Positions 1 to 8,275 of a DNA stretch of 24,372 nt are shown in pieces. Made by a program: the position numbers and the translations under genes. Origin of the DNA: a virus (Duplodnaviria > Caudoviricetes). The first letter of the stretch is position 1; each line of letters opens with the position of its first letter. The DNA is taken from positions 1 to 24,372 of the IMG/VR virus record IMGVR_UViG_3300009678_000136. One strand, given 5' to 3'. The notes under the pieces are model-generated. The model was not told the DNA's origin. It saw nothing but the letters and a program-made list of their open reading frames with translations, and ran no database searches.

Positions 1-951
1 CACCGGAGTTTTGATTGCGTACCACCAGTATTTGACGCCTGCGCTTTGCACGTTGGCGTTTAAGCCTATCGTGAAGCCGGTGGCCGTGAAGCTCTGGATA
101 AAGTCCGTGTTGCACGCCACGTTGGTCATAGGACAGGCGAAGTCGCCGGTCATGGCGGAAGTGCGAAAGATGCCGACTCCGGCGTTGGTGTCGCTTTTGA
201 CGATAACGAGATCGGGCTGAAAGCCTACGGTAATCTCTAGTCCATCGGACGGCGATCCACCGGCGGTGTAAGTGCCCGATGTTGCGTAATTGGTAACGTC
301 CTTGATGGCTAGTGGATAGTAGTCCACTGTTCCGCCCGTGCCGTCATTGACACGGACAGTGGTTCCAACCTCGAAGCCGTCGGCGTTGAACGCCTGAATA
401 TGATTGGTCACTACGCCAGCCGCCGTAAACAATAAAGACGCATCCCCCGCCATCGCACTCAAACGCCAAGTATTCGAGTCGTCGGCTTCTCCGGCAATGA
501 ATACCGCGCCGGGCTGAAACGCCGGGCTGATGACAATACCCCTAAGATCATTACTGTCACCAACATACGTTCCGACTGCCAGATCGTTGTTGGCATCGGC
601 GCCCCAAGCGACATAAAAACAGTTGTCGGTGCCGCTGACATTGGTTGTTGCACTCCCTCCGACTTGGAATGTCCCGGTGCCGAGGGACTGAATCTTGTTG
701 GTGGTGATGCCGCCACCGCCGCCTAGATCGTCGGCGCCGTCACCCGCTAGGGACGACGTTTTCATCGTCGCGTGCGTTGCACCGTTGCACTTTATGATGA
801 TGGCGGAGATAGCAAACGACGCGGCGGTGGAAATGTTTCTGTCGTCAGCGCCATTGCCGGAAAACATGCCGACCTCGAAGCGGAACGCATGGACTGGCGC
901 AGCTATTAAAAGCGCAAGCAGAACAGCGAGTATTTTTATTGGTGTTTTCAT
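1..951 (-). CDS. Signal-peptide-bearing repeat protein (putative fibre/adhesin), 3' end runs off the window; missing from the ORF track
   Basis: Manually translated: ATG at 951 overlaps the upstream stop (ATGA) and the frame is open for 317 codons to base 1. Begins MKTPIKILAVLLALLIAAPVHA|FRFEVG. Contains three ~100-aa repeats (GxYxG...FQPxxVxxK...SAMxGD...IQxFxxxGFxVG...YY/WxA) resembling phage fibre repeats. Confidence 0.85.
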   Translation of the reverse strand, partial: MKTPIKILAVLLALLIAAPVHAFRFEVGMFSGNGADDRNISTAASFAISAIIIKCNGATHATMKTSSLAGDGADDLGGGGGITTNKIQSLGTGTFQVGGSATTNVSGTDNCFYVAWGADANNDLAVGTYVGDSNDLRGIVISPAFQPGAVFIAGEADDSNTWRLSAMAGDASLLFTAAGVVTNHIQAFNADGFEVGTTVRVNDGTGGTVDYYPLAIKDVTNYATSGTYTAGGSPSDGLEITVGFQPDLVIVKSDTNAGVGIFRTSAMTGDFACPMTNVACNTDFIQSFTATGFTIGLNANVQSAGVKYWWYAIKTPV

Positions 952-2531
952 GGCGCGGTGAAATCCATGGTTACGAGGAGCCCTTTGGGCGCCGTCGTGG
1001 TGACAGCATCGACGTTGACCCGGACGATCTGCCCAGCGGTGACGACTAGATTCGCTGGTGTAGCGCTGAGAGCGCCAGGCGTAGCAGCATTGCTACTGCT
1101 GTTTTCGCCGGAGTCCACCGAGAACACTGTGGCGAGCATATCCGTGACTGTACCGCTACAGAGATTTCCGCTCGTGGTGGCCGCGCACCGATCTATTCCA
1201 ACGGTGGTGGCGTTTGTGGTGCCGGCCGTGACGACGTTGACTTGAACGCCGCTCAAAGAGTAACCGTCGAGGGTTGTCGGCACCCTGAAATAAAATTTGC
1301 CATCGCCGGTGGCAACATCGGTGGTGAAATCGAACGGCACGACTTCGACGGTCTTCTTTATCGCCGAGCCCGAGAACACCCCGGCCTCGGTCAATTTGAA
1401 AATACAAACATCGTCGTTATCGAGCACACACCAGTCAAACGTATCGGAGAGTTTGACGCGCTTGTTGGCGGCATTTTCCACGCCGCCGATAACAGGGACG
1501 AATTGCAAACCATCACTAGCGTCATGGCAGAATTTCCAGTAAGTTGTTGCATCGCCCGGCTTGGCGATCTTCACCGGATCGCTGCAATCGGCCTCGACAA
1601 TGCGGCCAATATTCATCACTTGCTGCCAGGACGGTATAGTGCCGCCGCTGCCGACGTTGATCCATATTGGGGCACCTACGTCCACGGCAGCGGCCATCCA
1701 GATTGCATCGGTATCGGTATTAACCCAAATATCACTGACTAAATATCCTGCCGATGAATCGTCGGATGACCCAGGGTCCGACGTATGACTGCTCGATCTG
1801 ACGATCGGATCGCCGATCTTGAACAGAGTGTAGACTACGCCGGTGTTTGACTTGTACTTGACCAGCTCGCCGTCGATGAACACCTCACCGTTGGTGAGTA
1901 GCCCTAAGTCGCCGGGCGTCGCCTTGAGCGGCGCGATGAGCTTAGAGGTAAACGAGTTTGTTGCAGTGAATACGTTGGTGCCATTCAACAGCGGCACGTT
2001 GTTGCCAGTTGTCAGTGTCGGGTTGCCCGCCACGCCGTCGCCATTGGTCACTGTCACGGTGCCTGCTGTCCCTGTGATGGTCCTGGCGATGAGGGTATTG
2101 AGCGCCGATCTGACAGCGATACCGTTGCTGCCGGGATCGCCGACCCCACCGCCGCCGCCGATCGCCGCCCATGCCGAGCCGTTCCAGTGACACATGACGC
2201 GCGTCGAGCCGGTGCCGGTGGTGCAATCCGTGGCGCTGTTGCCGTCGGTGACGATCGCCAACGGATGACTCGCCGGCAACGTCGCCACGGTGTACTCGGG
2301 CAGCTTCATCAAGACGGTCTTGCCGGTGAGCGCGAGCGTCGAGCACAGCGTAATGGCCGGCGCCACGGTGCCGGTGTTGGAGACGCAGATCGCGTTGGTC
2401 TCGCCGGTGGGAATGATCTCGGTGTCCCTTGTTATGACCGGCGGAATGATGCGTTCGTCGATGTACTGTTGCGCCGTTGCGCTTTGCGCCAGCGCATAGA
2501 ATGCCAAAAGCGTGAATAAAAGTTTTTTCAT
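948..2531 (-). CDS. Signal-peptide-bearing, cysteine-paired tail-fibre-like protein (527 aa)
   Basis: Start reassigned to ATG 2531 (GAGG RBS upstream). N-terminus MKKLLFTLLAFYALAQSATA|QQ. Fibre-like segments YTVATLP..AIVTD..WNGSAW, RTITGTAGTVTVTNGDGVAGNPT and DPGSSDDSSAGY..WVNT. Ten Cys in five local pairs. Confidence 0.8.
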   Translation of the reverse strand: MKKLLFTLLAFYALAQSATAQQYIDERIIPPVITRDTEIIPTGETNAICVSNTGTVAPAITLCSTLALTGKTVLMKLPEYTVATLPASHPLAIVTDGNSATDCTTGTGSTRVMCHWNGSAWAAIGGGGGVGDPGSNGIAVRSALNTLIARTITGTAGTVTVTNGDGVAGNPTLTTGNNVPLLNGTNVFTATNSFTSKLIAPLKATPGDLGLLTNGEVFIDGELVKYKSNTGVVYTLFKIGDPIVRSSSHTSDPGSSDDSSAGYLVSDIWVNTDTDAIWMAAAVDVGAPIWINVGSGGTIPSWQQVMNIGRIVEADCSDPVKIAKPGDATTYWKFCHDASDGLQFVPVIGGVENAANKRVKLSDTFDWCVLDNDDVCIFKLTEAGVFSGSAIKKTVEVVPFDFTTDVATGDGKFYFRVPTTLDGYSLSGVQVNVVTAGTTNATTVGIDRCAATTSGNLCSGTVTDMLATVFSVDSGENSSSNAATPGALSATPANLVVTAGQIVRVNVDAVTTTAPKGLLVTMDFTAP

Positions 2532-2538
2532 AATTTCC

Positions 2539-2778
2539 TCAAACATCGACGTAGTAACGGCACCACGGCGTCCTGCCCGCTGCTGGCGCAATGCCAAAAG
2601 TTATTGTCGTGCCGGCGATGCCGAACTGCATGCCGCTTGGCGTGCCGCCGTACACGGGTTCCCAGGGCGTCACCGGGAAGAACATAAGCAGCGATCCCGG
2701 CTCCGGCGCCGTAGTGATGGAAAACGTAGTGTTGTTTCCATCAGCCGCTGGCACAACTCTTTCGATAACCCATCCCAT
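2539..2778 (-). CDS. Small beta-rich tail-associated protein (79 aa), paralogous to the C-terminal domain of the upstream gene
   Basis: DGNNTTFSI...GTTITFGIAP motif matches NGSNVTFTL...GTTITMGLAP in 2782..3534; tightly packed in the operon. Confidence 0.7.
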   Translation of the reverse strand: MGWVIERVVPAADGNNTTFSITTAPEPGSLLMFFPVTPWEPVYGGTPSGMQFGIAGTTITFGIAPAAGRTPWCRYYVDV

Positions 2779-2781
2779 AAC

Positions 2782-3534
2782 TCAAGCCGCCCTATAATTT
2801 GCGAGGAACGGATATCCAGTATTCGGTGCAAGCCCCATGGTGATCGTGGTCCCCGAAATCGTGAACTCCATATTTCCAGGTGTCGCCCCCACTCTCTCCA
2901 ACGCGCCGATGCCAAAACAGAAAAGCAGCAGCGTGGCTAAGTCCGGTGTCTGACTCAAGGTAAACGTCACGTTGCTGCCATTGCGCACGCCCGCGGGAGT
3001 CTCGGTAACAAACGTGCCGGACCATACCTGCGGCGCGGCCGGTGGAAGCGTAGGCGGTGTGATGACCTGCCCCGTACCTGCTAATGCCGTTTGAATCGAG
3101 ACGATTTCAGAATTCGCAAGGACGGCGTTAGCCTTGACCACGTGACTGATATGGATGTCTTTCGTGCCTATCCATCTCGTGTAACTATCGAACGGGTTGG
3201 TATTTGTAGGAGTAGATTTAGGGACGGAGTTCTCAAACCAAATGACTGTGTTGGCATCGCTCAGCGAGTTTGCATAACTGTAAATTAAATCCGCTGTCGC
3301 TCCCAACCACAGCCCTTCCGGCGTATCGCCGGTCCATTCGAACGGTGGAACGTCGGCCGCAATAGTTCTCTGTCCTCCCCGATACCAGGCATTAGCCGCG
3401 CCCGTCCTAGTATAGTAGACCGGATCGATGCCGTCGAAATCCAGGCTGTAAAGCAGCGGCGCATAGAATATAATTTTCCGGCGCAACGATAGCTCAAGAC
3501 TGAGTAACTTGGTTGTAGTCCACAAGTTCATCAT
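2782..3534 (-). CDS. Putative minor tail/fibre adaptor protein (250 aa)
   Basis: Lies after TipJ with ATGA-type coupling; two domains joined by a Pro-rich linker (TPPTLPPAAP). Confidence 0.7.
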   Translation of the reverse strand: MMNLWTTTKLLSLELSLRRKIIFYAPLLYSLDFDGIDPVYYTRTGAANAWYRGGQRTIAADVPPFEWTGDTPEGLWLGATADLIYSYANSLSDANTVIWFENSVPKSTPTNTNPFDSYTRWIGTKDIHISHVVKANAVLANSEIVSIQTALAGTGQVITPPTLPPAAPQVWSGTFVTETPAGVRNGSNVTFTLSQTPDLATLLLFCFGIGALERVGATPGNMEFTISGTTITMGLAPNTGYPFLANYRAA

Positions 3535-3809
3535 ATTTCTTCGACCTCGGTCTTAGTCATCAGCCCTGCCGCGATCTTCTCATCGATGAATTTCTGATCC
3601 GCGCCCTTAGCCAATGCTTCTTGCTCAGAAAGCGCGACCAGCGCCTGCTCGGCTACGTCTACCCTTTGGAACAACTCCGGTCGCTCGGTGAATTCCACGG
3701 CGGTAATTTCTTTGCGCGTAGGATAATGGACGGCCTGCAATTCATCGCAGGTGATGCGCCCGGTGATCTCTCCGGTGGTCGGGTCGTATATGACGTATCG
3801 TTTGAGCAT
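3531..3809 (-). CDS. Hypothetical protein downstream of TipJ (possible fibre assembly factor)
   Basis: ATG abuts the TipJ stop; YVIYDPTTGEITG N-terminus is typical of small post-TipJ phage proteins. Confidence 0.65.
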   Translation of the reverse strand: MLKRYVIYDPTTGEITGRITCDELQAVHYPTRKEITAVEFTERPELFQRVDVAEQALVALSEQEALAKGADQKFIDEKIAAGLMTKTEVEEI

Positions 3810-6800
3810 CTAAGCCGCCTGATCCTTGTCTTTGATTTCCAATGCCAGGAAACGCCTCAAACTCGCAATCGCAGTATCTCCCGATACCGTAACGATCCAC
3901 AGTTTGTAGGTGTGAACGCCCGCAGGCTGCCAATCTACGCGCTGAAGGGTTACTTGAGATGTGTTCACAGAGTTATCTACGTCGGCACCCATTGATGTAG
4001 GCATTGTATCGATCAGCGTGCTGCCAGCGTATTCCGCGCCCCGGCGCAACTCTACTTGCATTGAGACACCAACTAAATCACTTGGATTCGTAAAAAACAT
4101 TTGCCCTTGCAACAAGACCGGCCTGCCAGTGGTTTGGAGGGTTAGCGAAGCACTATCTACCGGAACAATATCCCCACTTATAGAAGCATCATTGACGTAC
4201 TCGGCAAAGTCGGTGAGAGCGCCGACGCCGATGTCTCCTTGCTGCGCTGGCGTTAGAACCACGCCGTTGCCCGACAGTGTCCAGGCGCTGCGATTGTTGG
4301 AGAAGTCTCGGCTGCGCGCTTGCGCAATAATAGTCTCTCCATAGTAACGCTCTGAAAAATTGGCGGTGTAACGGCGCATCATAAATCCACTCGCGTCGTC
4401 GCTCTGTGCAGCCGGAACCGATACCTCGCGCAGGAGTATCCAGTCTGGAATTGCCACCAAGTAAAATTGCACGTCGTAGCCGTTAAGATCCTCGGCGCAT
4501 GGAAGTGCTTGGTAGATGTCTACTGAGACTTGCTTCAAATGGCCGGCCATAATTAGCTGATAGGGCGGCACTGGCGCGACTTGATCTCCGACGATTGTGA
4601 CTCGTTTAACAATCCTGGCGCGGCGATTCTCGACGTCGCCGGCGTTAAAAGGCGTGAAACGGAAGAAGTAGTCACCGCGCTGGTCGCCAGCATTGATCTC
4701 CCAGCGGGTGCCATAGGTTTTTCCGAATAGCGCCCATTCCGCGGACTGCCCGCCCCATTCTATATCCGCTGCAAACCCAGGGTCTGCTGGAACATCCATG
4801 ATCTCTACCTTGAAGCCCGATGTTTCGCTGTATCTCGGCCACTCGATGATGTACTGATCGCCTGGATTGACAGCTACTGAAGTGTCTAGCGAGGCCTGAA
4901 GATTTGTTTGACTGTAAGAAGTTATGCGCCCGGTAACCCCATTGATGGTCAGCTTTGCTCCGACAAAATAGTTTTCCTGCGAGGGAATATGCGGCTCCGA
5001 GTTGGCTAGGATAACATGCCATGCGGCCACTCCTTGCCCTTGCGACACTCCCGCCGAATGAGGCAACCCTGGCGTGATGTTGAATATCAAGATGGACTGC
5101 TGCGTGCCGTCGCGGGTCCTGACTATCTGCTCGACTACCGAGGCATCGCGCAGCGGCAGCGGCGGCACAGCATGGAGTACGAAATTACGCCTGGAGAGCG
5201 CAGGGGCCAATGCGTCCGGAGTGTAAACAGCGGGATCGTATAGAGTACGAATCTGCCTGACGCGCCCCTCGGAGTCTATCTCTAAATCCTGCGCGCGCGT
5301 GACGATAGGACTCACGGTTAACAGTCCCAGGGCAAACAGATCGCCTTCTTGCGGTGCCGTGGTGAATGGCGCTGTCACCGTTACCGCGCCCCAAGTCCCG
5401 GCGGCCGTGCTGACATCGCGCATCTCGTTGGTGTTGTTCCCAGGATTCTGCACCACGATGACATAAGTCAGGTCGGGCTCGATGGTGACGATCATCGGCA
5501 GAATAACAGTGGTCGTGGTCGACCCAGCCGGGAGAAATCCCGTATAGGCGCCGTCGCCGCCGATCTCTCTCTCCGCGATGTAGTCCAGGTCCAGCGGCTC
5601 GCTGACAATCGCGCCTATGGGACTCGTAAACGACCAGCGGCGCCGTTCCAACGCTGCCCGTTTGAGTACGATCATGTTCTCGCGCAGCACCTGGGACTCG
5701 CGGGTAAAGGTGTCGTAGCGCAGCGCCTCCTGGATGACGCTGACACCTATCTCGGGATCGCTGATCGGATCGCTGATATCCGGGCGGTAGCTGTCGGCGG
5801 CGTTGCGGTATTCGGCTATGACCTGGTTAAATTCTTTTTCAGGCGGTGAGATTTCGATCTGCAGCGACCCTTCGATGATATTGCCAGGCTCGGCATAAAG
5901 CAGTCCAGGATCGCCAGGACGGTCGATAACGTATTTCCAATACAGCCCGGACGGCACGATCCGCCCGCGCGCTTCCCCGGCAATCGAGCGCACCCAGTCC
6001 CAGTCCCAGCGCGACTCGTTGATAACCACATCGCAGTAGTCCCTGACCTCCATGTTGCCGGATTGGTCAACTACGGTGGCGTCGTTGCTGACGTCATAAT
6101 AGGTCTGCGATTCCAGCCATTGGGCGTCGTCTATCTCGCTCTCGGTTATCTCGTTTCCCATGCCGATGACGGGATGGGTCATGATGTCGCGGACAATCCA
6201 GCAGCGTTGACGCGATGGGGCCAGCGAGTAGCCGCCAGCGCCATCGGGGATTTTTATATTCTTCCCCTGGACTAGCGCGGAGATCCTGACCGCTTCCAAG
6301 CTGGAGATTTGCCGCGCTGGTATGCGACTGACTCCGACTATGGCAAAGCCGGGATAGGCAGACGTGGTGAATTCGACTTCCTGGATATTGTAGACCACCA
6401 CCCTGACAGTCCCGGCCTGGCTGGCCTGTAGAGGCGAATTGCCGTTATTGCCATTGACGGCGATGATCGTAAAACGCAATTCCCATGTCGCCGCCTCGGG
6501 AAAGTCGATCGTGAAGGTCCGAAAAAACTCGCTTATCCGTCGCTCGCTGTGCCAAAGCAGATTGTCGTAATGATTCTCGTTGCCCCAGGTGGACATATCG
6601 CAGACGATCCAATCGGGATCGCCGCTTTTTTTCCGCTCTACCTTGATGGCGACGTGGGCGCTGCGCATCTCTCCTTTGTCGTTGTAGTAGTTGAGTCCAC
6701 CGGGAAACTGCAAAAACACCACGGCGCGTTGAACGGTGTTGTTGTGCGTCGAATAGATGTACGGATCGCCGGTGTTAGGCGGCGCTTGATTCTCATAGCG

Positions 6801-7508
6801 GAAGTTTAAGACCTGGCCGACCGCCCAGAGTTGTTCGACGTTCTCGAATTCCGGTATGACCGTCTGATCGTTGGTGCCATAGCGAATGTCGATTTGAAGG
6901 TCGGGATAGTTGTCGGCGCTGATGCCGTCGAGCTCGATCTCGGTGATGGCGCCGTAGCCGTCCCCGCCGGCATCGCCGAGGCAGTACAGCACTTTGCCCT
7001 CCATGTAGAGACCGTCTTGAGATAGCGTGGCGCCGCTGCCGATAACGTGGCCGGCCACGCGGTTGAGACCGTAACAAGTAAAGATCGGCGTGCCCGGTCC
7101 GGTCGTGTTGTTGAAGCCGGCGATGCCGAACGCCTCTGCCCGTTTGCTGTCGAGCTTTGGACTCTTCGGCTTGGGCATAAGCGCACTGAGCGCCATGGAA
7201 ATGGATAAGCTGACCGCGGTATTGATCACGGCGATCAACGCCAACTGCGCGCCGGTGTATGCCGCTGCGCTTCCGGCTGCCGCTGCACCGGCCGGTGCAA
7301 TGCCATAAGTGCCGGTCTTGAGATGGACGGTGACGCGATCTTGTTTTACCGGGCGGTACGACTTCCATTCAGCGCGCGGCTTGTTGTTGACGAAGCAGCC
7401 GGCCACGGCGTCGGCATTGGAGCCGAGAAGTTGCCCGAGAGTAGCGCCGTTTGCATCGATGGCGCCCTCTTTGACATCTCCGAATGGTCCGACAAAACTT
7501 ATGAACAT
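3810..7508 (-). CDS. Central tail tip / host-specificity protein (lambda gpJ/TipJ-like) with fused N-terminal gpI-like region
   Basis: 1232 aa; GTPIFTCYGLNRVAG, RYGTNDQTVIPEF, FPGGL and CWIVRDIMTHPVIGMG motifs; position after NlpC/P60. Confidence 0.88.
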   Translation of the reverse strand: MFISFVGPFGDVKEGAIDANGATLGQLLGSNADAVAGCFVNNKPRAEWKSYRPVKQDRVTVHLKTGTYGIAPAGAAAAGSAAAYTGAQLALIAVINTAVSLSISMALSALMPKPKSPKLDSKRAEAFGIAGFNNTTGPGTPIFTCYGLNRVAGHVIGSGATLSQDGLYMEGKVLYCLGDAGGDGYGAITEIELDGISADNYPDLQIDIRYGTNDQTVIPEFENVEQLWAVGQVLNFRYENQAPPNTGDPYIYSTHNNTVQRAVVFLQFPGGLNYYNDKGEMRSAHVAIKVERKKSGDPDWIVCDMSTWGNENHYDNLLWHSERRISEFFRTFTIDFPEAATWELRFTIIAVNGNNGNSPLQASQAGTVRVVVYNIQEVEFTTSAYPGFAIVGVSRIPARQISSLEAVRISALVQGKNIKIPDGAGGYSLAPSRQRCWIVRDIMTHPVIGMGNEITESEIDDAQWLESQTYYDVSNDATVVDQSGNMEVRDYCDVVINESRWDWDWVRSIAGEARGRIVPSGLYWKYVIDRPGDPGLLYAEPGNIIEGSLQIEISPPEKEFNQVIAEYRNAADSYRPDISDPISDPEIGVSVIQEALRYDTFTRESQVLRENMIVLKRAALERRRWSFTSPIGAIVSEPLDLDYIAEREIGGDGAYTGFLPAGSTTTTVILPMIVTIEPDLTYVIVVQNPGNNTNEMRDVSTAAGTWGAVTVTAPFTTAPQEGDLFALGLLTVSPIVTRAQDLEIDSEGRVRQIRTLYDPAVYTPDALAPALSRRNFVLHAVPPLPLRDASVVEQIVRTRDGTQQSILIFNITPGLPHSAGVSQGQGVAAWHVILANSEPHIPSQENYFVGAKLTINGVTGRITSYSQTNLQASLDTSVAVNPGDQYIIEWPRYSETSGFKVEIMDVPADPGFAADIEWGGQSAEWALFGKTYGTRWEINAGDQRGDYFFRFTPFNAGDVENRRARIVKRVTIVGDQVAPVPPYQLIMAGHLKQVSVDIYQALPCAEDLNGYDVQFYLVAIPDWILLREVSVPAAQSDDASGFMMRRYTANFSERYYGETIIAQARSRDFSNNRSAWTLSGNGVVLTPAQQGDIGVGALTDFAEYVNDASISGDIVPVDSASLTLQTTGRPVLLQGQMFFTNPSDLVGVSMQVELRRGAEYAGSTLIDTMPTSMGADVDNSVNTSQVTLQRVDWQPAGVHTYKLWIVTVSGDTAIASLRRFLALEIKDKDQAA

Positions 7509-7855
7509 AGCGACTTATGCCTGTAAAACCCGCGCAGACTCTCAATCCACGGCGAGCGCGTCACTTCGATCCGGCCGACTCCGTTGGTGGCCGCCGAGCT
7601 TTGAATCGCCCACCTATTACTGAGCATAAAGGCAGCGTGGTACTCGCTGAACGGCAACTCCTGAAACACGGCGATGTCGGCGAACTCCGGACGGTCCACC
7701 TTGACGAAGTCCTTGGCGTCCCGAAGCATCTCCTCGGTGATCGTGATCCCGCACAACTCAAAGGCTGAGGCGAGAAACGATAGGCACTTGTGATCGTCGT
7801 CGTAGGGCTCACCGATCCGTTTTATCAATGCCGCTAGAATATCGCCTTGTTGCAT
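7499..7855 (-). CDS. NlpC/P60-family tail tip protein (gpK C-terminal-like)
   Basis: IGEPYDDDHKCLSF (putative catalytic Cys), D-I-A-V-F, YHAAF (His) and C-terminal GFYRH; ATG 7855 with GGGAG RBS. Confidence 0.75.
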   Translation of the reverse strand: MQQGDILAALIKRIGEPYDDDHKCLSFLASAFELCGITITEEMLRDAKDFVKVDRPEFADIAVFQELPFSEYHAAFMLSNRWAIQSSAATNGVGRIEVTRSPWIESLRGFYRHKSLCS

Positions 7856-8268
7856 TTGGTCTCCCAACTTGAAATCACGCTGCCCGTCACACCGTCAGGC
7901 CAATACTGTACTGACAGAAACGCGCCGCCTCTTTCGGTGCCCTTGCCGCCGTGCCAGCGCGTCCGAGGGATGGCGATCTTGCCCCATGGCGTCCTGGCAT
8001 CGTCCAACGCAATGCGATGACTGCCGAGCCACAACTCGCCCGCACCCCAGAGCGGAAACTCGTAGCTATCGAGCGCCGGGTGCCTATGGATAGGGATGAC
8101 CTCATAGGGCCCATGGGTGACGCGCTCGATCTGGAAGTGTGAGTCACGGTAGAGCACTTCTAGTTTCCCATTGGTCAGCGGGTTTTCGATACTCGATATT
8201 GATTTCCACTCCAGCCAGAAATCTTTGCCTTCGGATTCAACGTCATAGGCTAGGTGGGAGAGATTCAT
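7834..8268 (-). CDS. Cupin-fold protein
   Basis: Cupin motifs IPIHRHPALDSYE and IPRTRWHGG (H,H,E,H ligand set); ATG 8268 with AGGA RBS after the hub stop. Confidence 0.7.
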   Translation of the reverse strand: MNLSHLAYDVESEGKDFWLEWKSISSIENPLTNGKLEVLYRDSHFQIERVTHGPYEVIPIHRHPALDSYEFPLWGAGELWLGSHRIALDDARTPWGKIAIPRTRWHGGKGTERGGAFLSVQYWPDGVTGSVISSWETKCNKAIF

Positions 8269-8275
8269 ACATTTC

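Noticed and set aside
506-530. Direct repeat cgccgggctga x2
   Set aside because: Short, within coding sequence (SPAFQPG), and consistent with chance.
11-2519. Numerous plus-strand and alternate-frame ORFs over the fibre genes
   Set aside because: They fully overlap better-supported, coupled minus-strand genes.
2532-2597. Track start for the 549-aa ORF
   Set aside because: It overlaps the 79-aa gene; ATG 2531 has an RBS and exposes a signal peptide.
1-7508. Diversity-generating retroelement or invertible fibre cassette
   Set aside because: No reverse transcriptase, invertase, or near-identical TR/VR or inverted repeat pair was seen by eye within the window.
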